Source: Psammoneis japonica (lineage: Eukaryota). From it: a stretch of 64,000 nt of DNA. Below, one piece after another: positions 13,308-25,615 of the stretch. The stretch spans positions 744,001 through 808,000 of the forward strand of contig QPGO01000003.1 of NCBI GenBank assembly GCA_008632985.1, in the 5' to 3' direction. Within the stretch, counting starts at the first letter, position 1; each line of letters starts with the position of its first letter. The notes beneath the pieces are model-generated. The model ran no database searches. It saw nothing but the letters and a program-made list of their open reading frames with translations, and was not told the DNA's origin. The translations under genes were made by a program, and so were the position numbers.

Positions 13308-16300
13308 TGATGCCTTCTCATGCATTTTCGCTGCTGTTGCCTCCATCCAACAGAGTCCAGCAAACGTTTCAAAGGTCTCTCCGACCGAAGTGCATGCCAG
13401 AGCATGTACATTCATTGACCAATTTAATGAAAATGGTGGCATGGATGGAGTTGCCCCCGGGTGTTCCTGCTGGGTGGTCAAACACAATGGCAGAAGCAGC
13501 GCAACATTCCCGATGCTTTGCTTTTCGCCAAGGCATTGCGTGTCAACCAAGAGTCGCTCATCAATGCATGTGGCCATTGTCATGGAAAGAAGACACCAGA
13601 ACTTCACGATCAGCTTCAAACCTGTCCATTTTATGGTGCCACTGTTGTCACAATTGTTTCAGAAACGACAGAGAAAGGGAAACCATTCACTTGCCTCCGA
13701 GATGAGCAAGTGATTCGAGACGACAGGGATGCTCGAGCTAGAGCAAGAAGCCTGATCACAAACGCTAAAGCAGATGCTGTAGATTGTTCTAATGAGACCA
13801 CATCCTCCTCCCCTCCTTCTGCTCACTTCCGTGAAAGTGCCCTTGCTTCTGCAGCGTGAGTGTCTCCAGAGACGGTGGGATCAAGCCAAGAACCCAGCCA
13901 AGTGCCTCCGCCCACCCAAGCCACTCTTCAGAAGATGATTCAGAAGCATCTCAAGAGAGTAAATCTGGAAGAGCTACCCGATTTGATGTGTGACCCATTG
14001 TCAGAAAACTGTTCTCTTCGTGAATCTTCAAGTCGACGCCAAAGAAGAAAAAGCAATCGCAAGATGCCGCGAAGTCTTCGACATCTGCATCGCATCTGAA
14101 CGACATTGTCAATGCCACTGCATCAGAAATTGCTCATCCAGTTGAGCCAGATCTCAACGCACTTGCAGAAGAGGCAACCAAGCTGTTTCATGACTCGGTG
14201 TTGAAGGATTCATCACACAATCCCAGCACAGAACTTCAAACCCTTGCATTTTGGTTCTAAAGCAGTGCACCACAGATGACGGAACAATCATCTTGAAGTG
14301 CATGAAGAATGGCAGAGGATTCTCTGCAAAGTGCTCAAAGCTTCAACAGAGCAAGAAAATTCCTGAAGACATTAAAGATCCGAAGAAGCGAATGACAAAA
14401 TGAAAAGCGTCCGCCATTGAAAAGCAATTGGACGAGCACTCGGAGCAAAGCCTGGCCGTGCTCGAGCAAGTTGCAAAGAAGCGAAAACTCATCCTTGTCG
14501 AACAAGAGAAAATTGCATTTGCTGCTCCAGAGATTGTTGCATTGTGGCAATGTGTCAATCCGCACATGAGCGACAATGCGCTCCACCACTTGAACATGTT
14601 TCTCACGCATTCTCGACCCAATTGCCTCTCGTGCGTCTTCCCCCCAAATGCTCGAACTCTGGTGAATGAACACATCAAGAACGAGGACATTCCACGAAGG
14701 ACAACGAAAATGCCATTGTTCACTGACAGGAGCAAATCGAAAAAGAAATCATGCGTGATGTGGTTTCCGGTTGACTTGTGCTTGGTGCTTGAGAAGCTGA
14801 CAGCCAAGGCGATAGAAGCTGGAGAGTTCGAAGACTCTGAATCTTTCTCCGCATTAAAAGCCGTGGTTGCACCGGTCTTTGGCATGGACAAAGGAGGGGA
14901 TCTAACTTCATCATTGATCCGAGTCGCCAACCGCAAGGATGGCAATGCAGCCCGTCACTGTGGAGCACTTGCCGTGGTGGAAGAAGCCAGTGAATGCTGG
15001 GAAAATCTCCGTCTGAGCCCATTCCGAAAGGATCTTCCCTTGCGTTCTTACTTGCAGCTGCTGCTCGACAACAAGGTGACCGTGCCATTGATGGAAGTTG
15101 CAGGCAAGGACGGCAAGGTGGCGACGTGCATTCCTGTGCTTGCACAGCTGCAAGACAAGAGCACAAAGAAATCGGTGTTGTCCAACGATGTCGTCCTTGA
15201 GCGATCTCAAGATGTTGCACCTCACATGCCGGAATGACAACCCCGAGAGAAGCCCGCTACATTGTCTGTGGAAGGGAGCGATGCTGCGTCACCAGAAATT
15301 GCTTCCAATCCTGTGAGAAAGCTGGCAGCGAAGCTGGTCCTTGCCAATGCAAACAACAAGCAAACGAATGCCCCCGACAATGCAATCGTGTGCACAGGCT
15401 TCGAAGCACACGACGAATCTCACTCAATTTCCTGCAAGCTCATGTCTGCATGCTTCCCAACCCCTAAATTGCTCGTCGTTCCGGACGGTGCGAGTGTCAG
15501 AATCTCAAGCCGAGGAATGTTTGCTCTTCAATCTCATGATGGAAAGCAGCAAAATGTTTTGAACGGCATGGGAACCGCTCAGGTGCTTTGCTCGTGTCCT
15601 GCGTGCACCATGCAAGCTGCGGATTTTTCAAAGCATCTTCCTCGTTGGATGGAAGTTCACGAGAAGCCCACGGAGAAAGGGAAATGGAAGCACTGTGATG
15701 CTCCTCTTAGATCTGGCGAGAACTCCCCAACAGCCAACTTCGAGGAACACACAAAAAATCGCAACGGGGGCAATTTCAAGCGCACGGCTGCACAAGACCG
15801 ATCAGACAAACTCAATTCAGCCAGCCAAATGAAAGAAGCCTTTCTCGTTCAAGATCCGAATGAGGACCTCAGCTCTCCCATGCATTTTACAATGAACACG
15901 TTTTCATGCCATCTCTGCCCACTCATTAGAGACCGGTTTGCCGACATCGAGAAGAAAGCACCTCAGGGGGATTGCGTGCGCGACGTGAAAGATGTGCTGA
16001 GTGCACCAAGAAGACGCCCTCCAAGAGCTGCCAAGATCTTCTGAAAGCCAACCGGGATTGTGACAAAGATGTCAAGTCAATGGAGGTGGTGCTGGCTGCA
16101 GAAAAGGCCAAGAAGACTCCCTCTGAATCCACGGTGCAAAGGAACGAAGTGAATCTTGAGCATTTGAAGGGCGAGAAAAAGAAGCACTCGGAAGAAACAG
16201 AATTTGGAGCATTGACGAAGCTCATGTGCGGAGCATCAACTGTCCTTGATGCTGTCAATGCATGTGAAAAGTCTGACAACAAGGCAAAAGGACCTGCATG

Positions 16301-17166
16301 CTACGTTTTCACGAGGTCAATTGAAGTGTGCGGCAACGCAAGCTGTCATCCCATGTTCGGAGGATGCAAACATCTCGAGTGCGGCAAGCATCAAAGTCCT
16401 GTCCGTGTGGGGCAAGATCTGCAAAGCAACATGCAATGCACACAATGAGGATCAGAATCCAGAGGTCCGTGCTGCCATTGTTGAGTTGATGGACAAGACA
16501 AAAAAGGTGATGACACCGCTGCTTGCCAAGGCAAAGCCAATGAAAACTCAGCAGAAGCTCGGGGATGTTGACTTGCTGAAAATGGCGGAAGCAACCGCAG
16601 CGCACTCCAAAGCATGGAGAGAAGAATTCCCAGACAAAAACAAGAGCACCGGACCAGCATGTCAAGGCATGCATCGCGATGAATGTCATGGAGCTCCGGC
16701 TGGCAAACGGCTCAAAATGCAAGGGCGAGGTGACGAGGAAGGCTTCGAAAACTGCCACCCGCATCTGAACAATGCATGCAATGCAACAAGTGCAATGGTT
16801 GACACTCCACAAAGAGTCAATTGCCATGCTCGTCGAATCACAGAGAACCACTTGCCTGAGGTCCAAGCTGTCATCCAAAAGATTGAATCGAAGAGGCGGA
16901 AGGTCGTGCGGAAAGCCACCAAGAAAAGAACCGCCCGACTTCAACAGAAAGGGCCGGAAAGGGTTGGTGCATTGCTGGGTGCTGACCCATCAGGAGAGCA
17001 CATCAATGTTTTGGAGGATGAAGTCATCAAAAAGGCTTGGGCACCAGTCCATTTCCTCGCGGTGGAAAACAAGGCACCTGAAGACTGGCAGCAAGTTTTT
17101 CTCGAGGATGAAGAAATCGGGGATGAAACAAAGGCTGAGATTGAGTTTTGTGGCAGTGCAGCGTAA
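13308..17166 (+). pseudogene. Disrupted RAG1-core/Transib-like DDE transposase (start approximate)
   Basis: Spread over ORFs 14428, 15262, 15972 and 16246. Motifs: GMDKGG (14881-14898), HDGKQQNVLNGMGTAQVLCSCPAC (15535-15606), SPMH (~15874), MHRDECH (~16669-16689), DEEGFE (16732-16749). Confidence 0.8.
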
Positions 17167-17249
17167 ACTAAAGAGCCCATTGTTGCGGCACCGTCACTCA
17201 CCTTTCCTTTTGCAACGCAACGAAATGAGAAATGTGGAGCACAGAAGTT

Positions 17250-17370
17250 GCACCGACAGAGACAAAGTCGACGGCAACGTCGTTGAGGATGAGAACAACA
17301 CCGTTGAAGACGACAACAAAGTTGTTGACGATGAGAATGATGCCGTTGGCGACGAAAATGCCGTTGGTCC
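17250..17370 (+). repeat. Imperfect ~21-bp tandem repeat (gttgaNgaYgaNaaYNNNNNN) in the 3' subterminal region of the transposon
   Basis: 4-5 consecutive units visible: gttgaggatgagaac, gttgaagacgacaac, gttgacgatgagaat, gttggcgacgaaaat. Confidence 0.6.
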
Positions 17371-17752
17371 ATTGAAGCGAAATCAAAAAAGATGTGGCCG
17401 TTGGATTTGTGGTTGATGGGTCATGAGCTACTTCTACGCAATTTGTATGGTACAGTTTTTACGAGCCCATGTTTTGTTCCAGGTCTACGGCTCTAGCAGT
17501 GACCCCTGACTCACGTAGTGGCATGTCGACGCGCGAACAGCCAGAATGAATCGAAAAATTTGGAGTTCGCGCAAGTTCGCGCATCACCGCACCCACGACT
17601 TCGCCATCACGCGGATACGCTTTCCTCTTTCCTCTCTCCTCTCTCTTGAAGCTGGAGTACAGTGCATCCAACACCAAAACCCAAAACACGACAGCGGGGC
17701 GAATCCCTGTTACAACGTTTGCGACAACAACACCTCTTTCTTTTTGCGCATC

Positions 17753-19696
17753 ATGGCTTCATCATCTTCTGATTCTTCATGGCGTCAAATTGATATTGCC
17801 AAACAGAAAATTGCCATTGAACGGGAACGTCTCGAGGTGGATCGACTCTTGATCAAGGCGGAAAAGAAAAAATTACGTTTGCAGGAACGCAAACAGAATG
17901 AATTGAATGAAAAATCAGAACAACAAGCAAGTCTCGAAAAGGAATTAAAGACGGTCCGTGCGGAATTGGAACAAACCAACGATGATTACATCCAAAAGGA
18001 AAAAGAATGGATTGCCAAGACTGCAAATCATGAAAAGGAAATTGCAGGCTACAAGAACCAAGTGGAGAGTCTGGAGCAAGATTTGCAAGTCGTCAAGCAA
18101 GACTTGACCGAATTGGAGGATATCAAGAATGAACGAGACGAGCTGCAATTGAAACAAGAGGAATTGGAGGAGGATTGGAAAGAAACGCAAGAGGCGCATC
18201 GAAAAGAAATTGAAACGTGGGAGGAAAAAGTAGCAGATCATGAATCCGAGCTAAAAGAAAATCAAGACAAGTTTATGGAATTGGAAATGAAAATGACGAG
18301 TGAATTGAAAGCTCAAGAAGAGAAACATGAGGAGGAGGTGGAGGAATTGAAGAAGCGTATTTCCGAGCTTGAGGAGGAAAACAAAGACTTGAAGAGCAAA
18401 GTAGGGGTTGCAGCTGGCGTTTTGGGTGGAACAACCGCATACGGCGTTGCAGAGGAGTCTGACGACGACGATACTGAAATAATTGAGCAAGCGGTGGCAA
18501 ACAATAATGTTGCCAAACCTCGTGGCATGCCACTTGGACAACTAGATGCGAGTCCGGAGCTGGCAAAGAAGAGTGCAATAACTATGGATATGGCCAATTC
18601 ACACGAGCCGCCGCCGCCGGCAGCAGGCGATCCCGCACTGCTCAAGTTGCAAGAACAATTGGCTCAAATGCAAATGCAACAACAAAAATACGTCGAGAGT
18701 CGTGAACAGCAACGGGAGGAGCTTTTGAATTTGTTGCAGGGAGTGGGAGACAAGAAACAAGAGGTGTTTGATGAAAGCTTTCCCGAAATTGAGGCACAGG
18801 TGGATCGGTTGGGAAAACAATTGGATGAGTTGGAGGGTGAATTGTTGAGTGATTATGATGAGGATTTTGATTCCGATTACACGTCGGACGAAGACGATCA
18901 TCATCATCATAGCCCGAGTCCCAACGTTACCAAGTCCCATTCCAAGAAACCTCCGTCTGCTGTAGCAAAGCACCGAAAGAGCTTGACGACGGATGGTGTA
19001 TCCGCACAGCAAACTGCTTTGCAAAATAATGACAGTTCCACGAAATCGTTTGAATCATCCACCGACAAGAAACGGCGTCACGTGACCAAAACACAATACG
19101 AAAACCACCGATCTGGTTTAAAGGGAATGTACTCGGGTTATGTCAATGATCAGGGTGAACCCGATGGTCAGGGTAAATTGCGTTGTAGCAATGGTGATGT
19201 GTATGAGGGCGAATGGTTGAATGGGGTCATTCACGGACAGGGAGTGTACACATGGTCGGACGGGGATTTGTATACGGGTCCGTGGAGTGATGGACTTCGT
19301 CATGGTCATGGTGTTTTCTTGTGGATGGATGGGCGTTACTATGATGGAGATGTAAGTGTCATTGATGCTCGTATGGTGTGTGCTATGTGTTTGTGATGGC
19401 GTGTTGCTCATTGCGTTTTTGCACTCTATACACAATAGTATTTGAATGGCATGCGCCACGGCAAGGGTACAACGACACAAAATGACGGTTCACGGTACGA
19501 AGGTGACTACAAGGAGGATCAACGACACGGGCATGGTGTGTACGATTATCCAGATGGACGCACCTACAAGGGAGAGTTTCAGAATGATCGTAAACACGGC
19601 AAGGGTATTCTGACATCGAGTGATGGTGAAGTACTTGACGAGGGCATTTGGGAAAAAGATGAATACATTCGGTACACGGCTGTAACGCAAAAGTAG
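17753..19696 (+). CDS. Coiled-coil protein with C-terminal MORN repeats; exons 17753-19351 and 19439-19696
   Basis: E/K/Q-rich heptad region followed by repeats such as YEGEWLNGVIHGQG, YTGPWSDGLRHGHG and YEGDYKEDQRHGHG. Intron 19352-19438 (GTAAGT..TAG) keeps frame. Confidence 0.85.
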
Positions 19697-19747
19697 AAAA
19701 ATGACAAGTGTGTGTTGGTAGCATTTGATTTTGTTGTATTTTCGTCT

Positions 19748-20815
19748 CTATCTCCGTTTGGTTTTAGGTGCTGTCGGTTTCCAAACGCGTTGTTTGACCC
19801 ATGTCCACAATCCCTTTCTTCTTCGTCTTGTCGTATACAAGGCATCATGAAAGACCATCGGAACAACATTATTATTATCCGTGACGACGGCAGCATCAGG
19901 AATGTCCCTATAATGTCGTCGTCGTATCCGTGATTGCACAAAGGAAATGATATTGGCGGGTGAATGGAGAAAGCCATGCTTATCATCATGGTAATAAAGT
20001 AAGCCCCCGCCGATGCGTAACTGTATTTTTGAGACAAGTATTTTGCGTTTTGAATACACACAGTGAATATCAAAAAGACAGACACAAAACACACAAAAGA
20101 CACACGTCATGCACGTCACTTACGCATTGGATGCTGCTGGTAATCGTTGCCCCGAATACAGTCCCTCAACTTCCATTCCATTCTCATCGTATGCTTTCAG
20201 TTTTATACCTTGTATATACAATGGTTGTTTATCAATCAGTATACCCACAAATAGCTATACAGTACAAAAAACAGACACAATGACACACAACACATGTAAG
20301 ATTGAGAATCATGGGCAAATATCACAACCTGCATCCGCTTTTCGTTTGCATACCAAAAAAAGCACAGCCACCAAACTAAAAAATGCACAACCCCAAGCAC
20401 ACGTTTCTCCATTACAACAACATGAACTTTGTGGTTTGGGTGTTTGTCTATACAAGTAATCCTTGTATTGTTTATCGGGAACAAAATTTCGACAGGGACG
20501 TTGTATTCGTGGTGGTGGCGTTTCATAAAACGGTAATGCGGTAGTGGGGACGTTACAAATACCACCACTTTCCAAGTCATTGTCGTCAGAATAATATCCA
20601 CCACCACCACCACTGTCATATCCACCACTATTATTCATATTCATTAGGGTATCGTCGTCGTCGTCGTATCCTTGATCCAAACTCAAAGCAATTGCACCTC
20701 CTTCGAGTGCTTCGAGAGAATCATCCAACGACGGTGCACGTGAATGAGAAGGAGTTGCCGTTCGTGATACTCCCGGTGAAGAAAAACGTTTTCGTAATAA
20801 CGCTGGATTCCTCAT
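19748..20815 (-). CDS. Small spliced protein with about two transmembrane segments (exon structure uncertain)
   Basis: The 168-aa ORF ends in hydrophobic CAWGCAFFSLVAVLFL before a GTATGC donor. A second hydrophobic stretch, ASAGAYFITMMISMAF, lies downstream. Confidence 0.4.
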
Positions 20816-21182
20816 GCGGACAAGAGTATTTTATTAAAGCAATAATAGTAGTAGTGGTGGTACATTCATGTGTTTGTTGTTGTTGTTTCGTGTTGAGTAT
20901 TGTGTCGTTATGGTGCGATGGCAGTGTTCAGTGTGCTTTGTGTCTCGCGTCGGTCATTGTGTTTCCCGCCAAAATGAAACTACATGATTAGCTCGTACAC
21001 TACACGTAGCGATCTCATAGATTACACATGGAGACTACTACGAGGTTTATTTTGCATAGACAAGTGATTCCCGATTCCCGACTTTTTGATTTTTTTTGAT
21101 TTTTTGCAGCCGACGCAACGATCGACACAAAGAAAAAGGAGTCGCAGCTACTTTAGCAGCGACAGTAACAGCAAAACGTACA

Positions 21183-21806
21183 ATGCAGGGTTTAGTTTTT
21201 ATTCTCGCGCTTGTTTTGTTTGCTGTGGCTGCTCAAGGATTGTGTCTACCGTTATCAAAAAGTGCAAGAAATTACAAGCTGCTGTACGCTTCCTCACCAC
21301 AACAACAAGAGCCGTCTCCACAGCAACATCATCACTCGGCATTCAAGACAAGACGCGACACATTGGGATTCTCAATGATTCTCTCAAGAAATTAACAGGC
21401 CGCGGTGTCTTTGAACGCATGGGACTCGAAGAAAATGCAATCGACGACGTCTTGTCCAATGATCGTTTTGTATTAATTTCACACGACACCCAAGACGATC
21501 CCATTTATAATTTTGGTAATGTCGCTTGTTTACAAGCCTTTGTTCGAACATGGGATGAATTGTGTCAAATTCCATCACGAGAATCTGTCGTGATTTCTTC
21601 TGAAGATGATGTGTTGCGACAAAAACTCATGAACAAGGTTACACACGATGGATATGTCGAGGGAGCGTCTGGAATTCGAGTAACGGGGACGGGCGATTGA
21701 TTCGATTGGTGGATGCCGTCGTGTGGAATTGTCATAATGATGAACCTATTATGGACAAGCGGCATTGTTTGATCGTGAATTGCTAGAGGATGCAGGGACA
21801 ATGTGA
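21183..21806 (+). CDS. MEKHLA (PAS-like) domain protein with signal peptide; frameshifted in this sequence
   Basis: SHDTQDDPIYNFGN..QAF..TWDELCQIPSRES..VTHDGYVEGASGIR, then in shifted frames IRLVDAVVWNC and YYGQAALFDR. N-terminus is MQGLVFILALVLFAVAAQG. Confidence 0.75.
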
Positions 21807-23449
21807 GCACAACACATACAGCTAACGCATTCGCCGAGAGAGCAATAGAATACGCAACGCCTCCGTTTGAGGCGAGTCGGATTCCCCGTGCGAGCATCAC
21901 CATCATCATATAGTAACACAATAAGCACCAATCTACTATATTTATGCTGGTCCCCTGTTATTGCATTCACACATACACACAAAACTTAAAACCACACACT
22001 ACTTCTTCCGAAAGCTCAAACGTCTCAACGGGATGGAACCGCAGTTGCATTCATACCACAAAAATCGTCTGAGGTAGCAGCCGCCACCATTATGACTGGT
22101 GCTGGCTCCTCTTTACGTTCAAACAAATTCTTGACAAAATTGTCAAAGACCAACAAATTTGCGTACTGCTTGTAGTTCATTGGTGGAAAGTTGGCGGCAG
22201 GCGTTTCTTGTAGATAGGTCTGTTTGATATACCCCATGATCCGATTGGGTTGCCTGTTGCTGGATCGACAACGTGGTCATCATTGACCAGAGGCTTGTTT
22301 TGGAGACGAGCGTCATTGCGAATCTTGGAGACCAGCTCTGGATCATCCCCAAAAAGGACCGCCAAGCATGGTGAGGCCATGTCATCTCTTTATGCTTTGC
22401 TTGATAGTTCTTGTGTGCTTTGGCTCGCCACGACCAAAATCTCTTGATCAAATAGTCACCTAAACCTCCCATGATCATTCTCGGGGATCCCCAAAATCCT
22501 CAATTCGATTAGCTTGCGTCTGGAATTCGAGTGACTGGCGACGGGCGATTGATTCGATTGGACGATGCCGTCGTGTGGAATTGTCATAATGATGAAACCC
22601 ATTGTGGACAAGCGGCATTGTTTGATCGTGAATTGCTAGAGGATGCAGGGACAGTGTGAGCACAACACATACAGCTAACGCATTCGCCGAGAGCAATAGG
22701 ATGACGCAACGCCTCCGTTTGAGGCGAGTCGGATTCCCCGTGCGAGCATCATCATCATCATCATATAGTAACACAATAAGCACCAATCTACTATATTTAT
22801 GCTGGTCCCCTGTTATTGCATTCACACATACACACAAAACTTAAAACCACACACTACTTCCGAAAGCTCAAACGTCTCAACGGGATGGAACCGCAGTTGC
22901 ATTCATACCACAAAAATCGTCTGAGGTAGCAGCCGCCACCATTATGACTGGTGCTGGCTCCTCTTTTCGTTCAAACAAATTCTTGACAAAATTGTCAAAG
23001 ACCAACAAGTTTGCGTACTGCTTGTAGTTCATTGGCGGAAAGTTGGCGGCAGGCGTTTCTTGTAGATAGGTCTGTTTGATATACCCCATGATCCGATTGG
23101 GTTGCCTGTTTGATAATACCCCATGATCCGATTGGGTTGCCTGTTGCTGGATCGACAAAACATGGTCATCATTGACCAGAGGCTTGTTTTGAAGACGAGC
23201 TTCCTTGCGAAACTTGGAGACCAGCTCTGGATCATCCCCAAAGGATGTACCGGTTGGGATGCCCGACGGAACGGGTCCTCAGTTTTGAGTAAAGTCCACC
23301 AAGTATGGTGAGGCCATGTCGTCCTTATGCTTTGCTTGATAGTTCTTGTGTGCCTTGGCTCGCCACGACCAAAATCTCTTGATCAAATCGTCACCTAAAC
23401 CTCCCATGATCATTCTCGGGGATCTCCAATCCTCAATTCGATTAGCTTG
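21666..23449. repeat. Tandem duplication (~21666-22515 and ~22516-23449) of the convergent 3' ends of the MEKHLA and Rieske genes
   Basis: Both units start gcgtctggaattcgagt and end cgattagcttg. The ORF tail ...DDFCGMNATAVPSR occurs twice (22025 and 22877). Confidence 0.9.
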
Positions 23450-25615
23450 TCCTTGCATAACAACCGAATCTTCAAGTGAAATATGGTAATTCCAATTGTT
23501 CACCAAGAGAGTCAGCATGGGCAACATGCCGGGAATGCCGGTAATGGTGGAGAGGATTGGTCCACGAGGCAAGTGCTGTCGTAGCAACACGCGAGTTCGC
23601 TGGGGCGCCACTGGGATAATGTGGAATTCTTCTTCAAAGCCACTCACACCGCCGTGGCGAACAATGTTGGGTGGGTCAAAACGAAGAATCTTTTTGGGTC
23701 TACCACCCGCTCCAAGCTTTCCGAGGTGTCCCATTCCACAGTCGTCCACAAAGGCTGTAAGCTTGAGCTTTGGTAAATTCGAGTTGAGCATGCCAATGCT
23801 CTCAATCGGCGGGACACTGCCGTCGTGAAGGTAAAACAAGTGTGGGCTGTCCAAGTTGTTTTCCACAATGTAAGAATAGTCCACGGCATAATCCATAACC
23901 GTGTCGATTGGCACTGTTTCCATATCACCCTTGCGGCGAGAAGGAAGCAAGGACGGATCCGCCTCCAATACATTTCCACGCCACACGTACACCAATCCTT
24001 CGTGCTCCACGGCAGCTCGGTGGTTTCCGCAATTGGCGTCTGTCACTTTGTTTAGAAAGCGCGAATCATCTCCGCCAGAAACGACAGAGCCAGTGGTTTC
24101 ATCCACGGTCTTGAGCGTTGGTACATGCACACAGTCTCCTTTTGGTCCAAAGCGCCAACCATGGTACATGCAAACAAGTTCGCCCTTTTCGACTTGGCCC
24201 ATGGACAGAGGTACCGATCGATGAGGACAAACGTCCGCCATGGCCACGAGCTCACCATTGTTGTCGCGATAAACGACCAAGGGTTCGCCCCAGAGGCGTG
24301 TCGCAAATGGCTTTCTTTTCTTGTTTGTTTTACGCGAGAGGACGGCATCCGAGGGTGATTCATATCCGTCAATTTGCCACGGATAAGCGACCGCATACCA
24401 AACGTTTTCAAACGATGGTTTTCTTAATAGATCTGGATTATTGGACTGTGTCGGTGTGTAGGAAAAGACCAAGCCTCCAACGCGGTCATTAATGTGCTTG
24501 GCAATCTCCCCCTTGGCAGTCGCTGCCTTGCCGTCTCTGCTCTCGTCGTTATCTTGAGTATTTTTCTTCCGCGAAGCTGCCAAACAGAAATGAACCGCTC
24601 CACCCCAGCGACTACGATGCTCCAACAGCTCCATGTTGGCAATCGAGTCGAAAAAGATGCGTGCTTCGTTCGAAAAGGGAACGTCCACAAAGGGCTTGAG
24701 CGAATCCGTCATGCACAAGAGCGTCTCTGTACCACTTGCGGCAAAGGTAAAGAGTTCGTCCATAATGTTTCGGACCGCATCCTCATTGACGTAAAACAAG
24801 ACGGCTTCCCAAACAAACAACGTAGGAATGCCTTGTTTCAGTCCACCCTTTTCCCTCAGGGTCTCAATCAAACTTGCGGGATTCTCGCCACCGCAGTCGT
24901 TTAAATCTAGTGGCACCAACCGGGGCCCCTTATTTGTTAAGTCCCAATCCGGATCATGATTTTTCTGAAAGTTCTCGTACAGAGTTTGCTTTCCTGCAGT
25001 GACTTGAGGAAGATCCACTTCGACAAAGTTAATCTTTTCGTCGTGCTCATGTCGATAACGTATCGCACGCGTGTCATAACCGGCTCCAAACAAGACGACA
25101 TTGCACTCGAGTGCTTGTCCCGTGGTTGCATCGGTGCAGGCCGGACTCGTTAAAAAGTGCTCGAGTGCGCCTTCAATAAATTCGGTACGAGCCTGGATCC
25201 ATTCAGTAAACTTTACAACAGGATCAAAGAGATTACTGCCGGCATTGGTCGTGACGAGACCACGAGTGGTGGGGGGCAAAAAGGTGGCAGCCACATCATC
25301 CTGAATCAAGCCGCGTTGGTTCAGCAAAGCACGGACCCACAAGACGCGAAGATTCTTCGAACTGTCCTTTATTGGATCGTCGTCAAAGGCGTGAAGCACA
25401 TCAAAAGCGGCGCCTGTGACGGCATCGCTGACGACACCAAACACATTTTGAGAGGCTGCCTGGCTCTTGTTGTTGCTTTCGGTGGAGGAGATGGGCAGTG
25501 CTGTTTTCTTCAAGACGGTTTTTCGGTTGTTGGGTGTGACAAAGGCATTCGCCCTGATGAGGGCAGTCGCCACAAGAAGGAGAAGAGAGTGCTTCATCAT
25601 GGGTCGCATTGCCAC
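22877..25615 (-). CDS. Probably plastid-targeted LCM-type SAM methyltransferase + Rieske non-heme iron oxygenase fusion; clean ORF 25615-23279, C-terminus probably continues via indels to 22877
   Basis: Signal peptide + ANAFVTP. MTase motifs: VVLFGAGYDTR, FVEVDLP, LFVWEAVLFY. Rieske motif: CPHR...CMYHGW. Mononuclear Fe motif: ENNLDSPHLFYLH. Confidence 0.88.

Larger units (their letters stand above)
13080..17520 (+). mobile_element. Transib/RAG1-like DNA transposon, both ends intact, 4441 bp
   Basis: Left end CACCACATGAGCCAGG vs reverse complement of right end CACTACGTGAGTCAGG (13/16 identical). Perfect 5-bp TSD GCATG at 13075-13079 and 17521-17525. Internal RAG1-core-like transposase. Confidence 0.85.

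Noticed and set aside
13080..17520. RAG2-like (kelch/PHD) partner gene within the transposon
   Set aside because: The transposase occupies almost the whole element, and no kelch-like repeats are recognisable on either strand.
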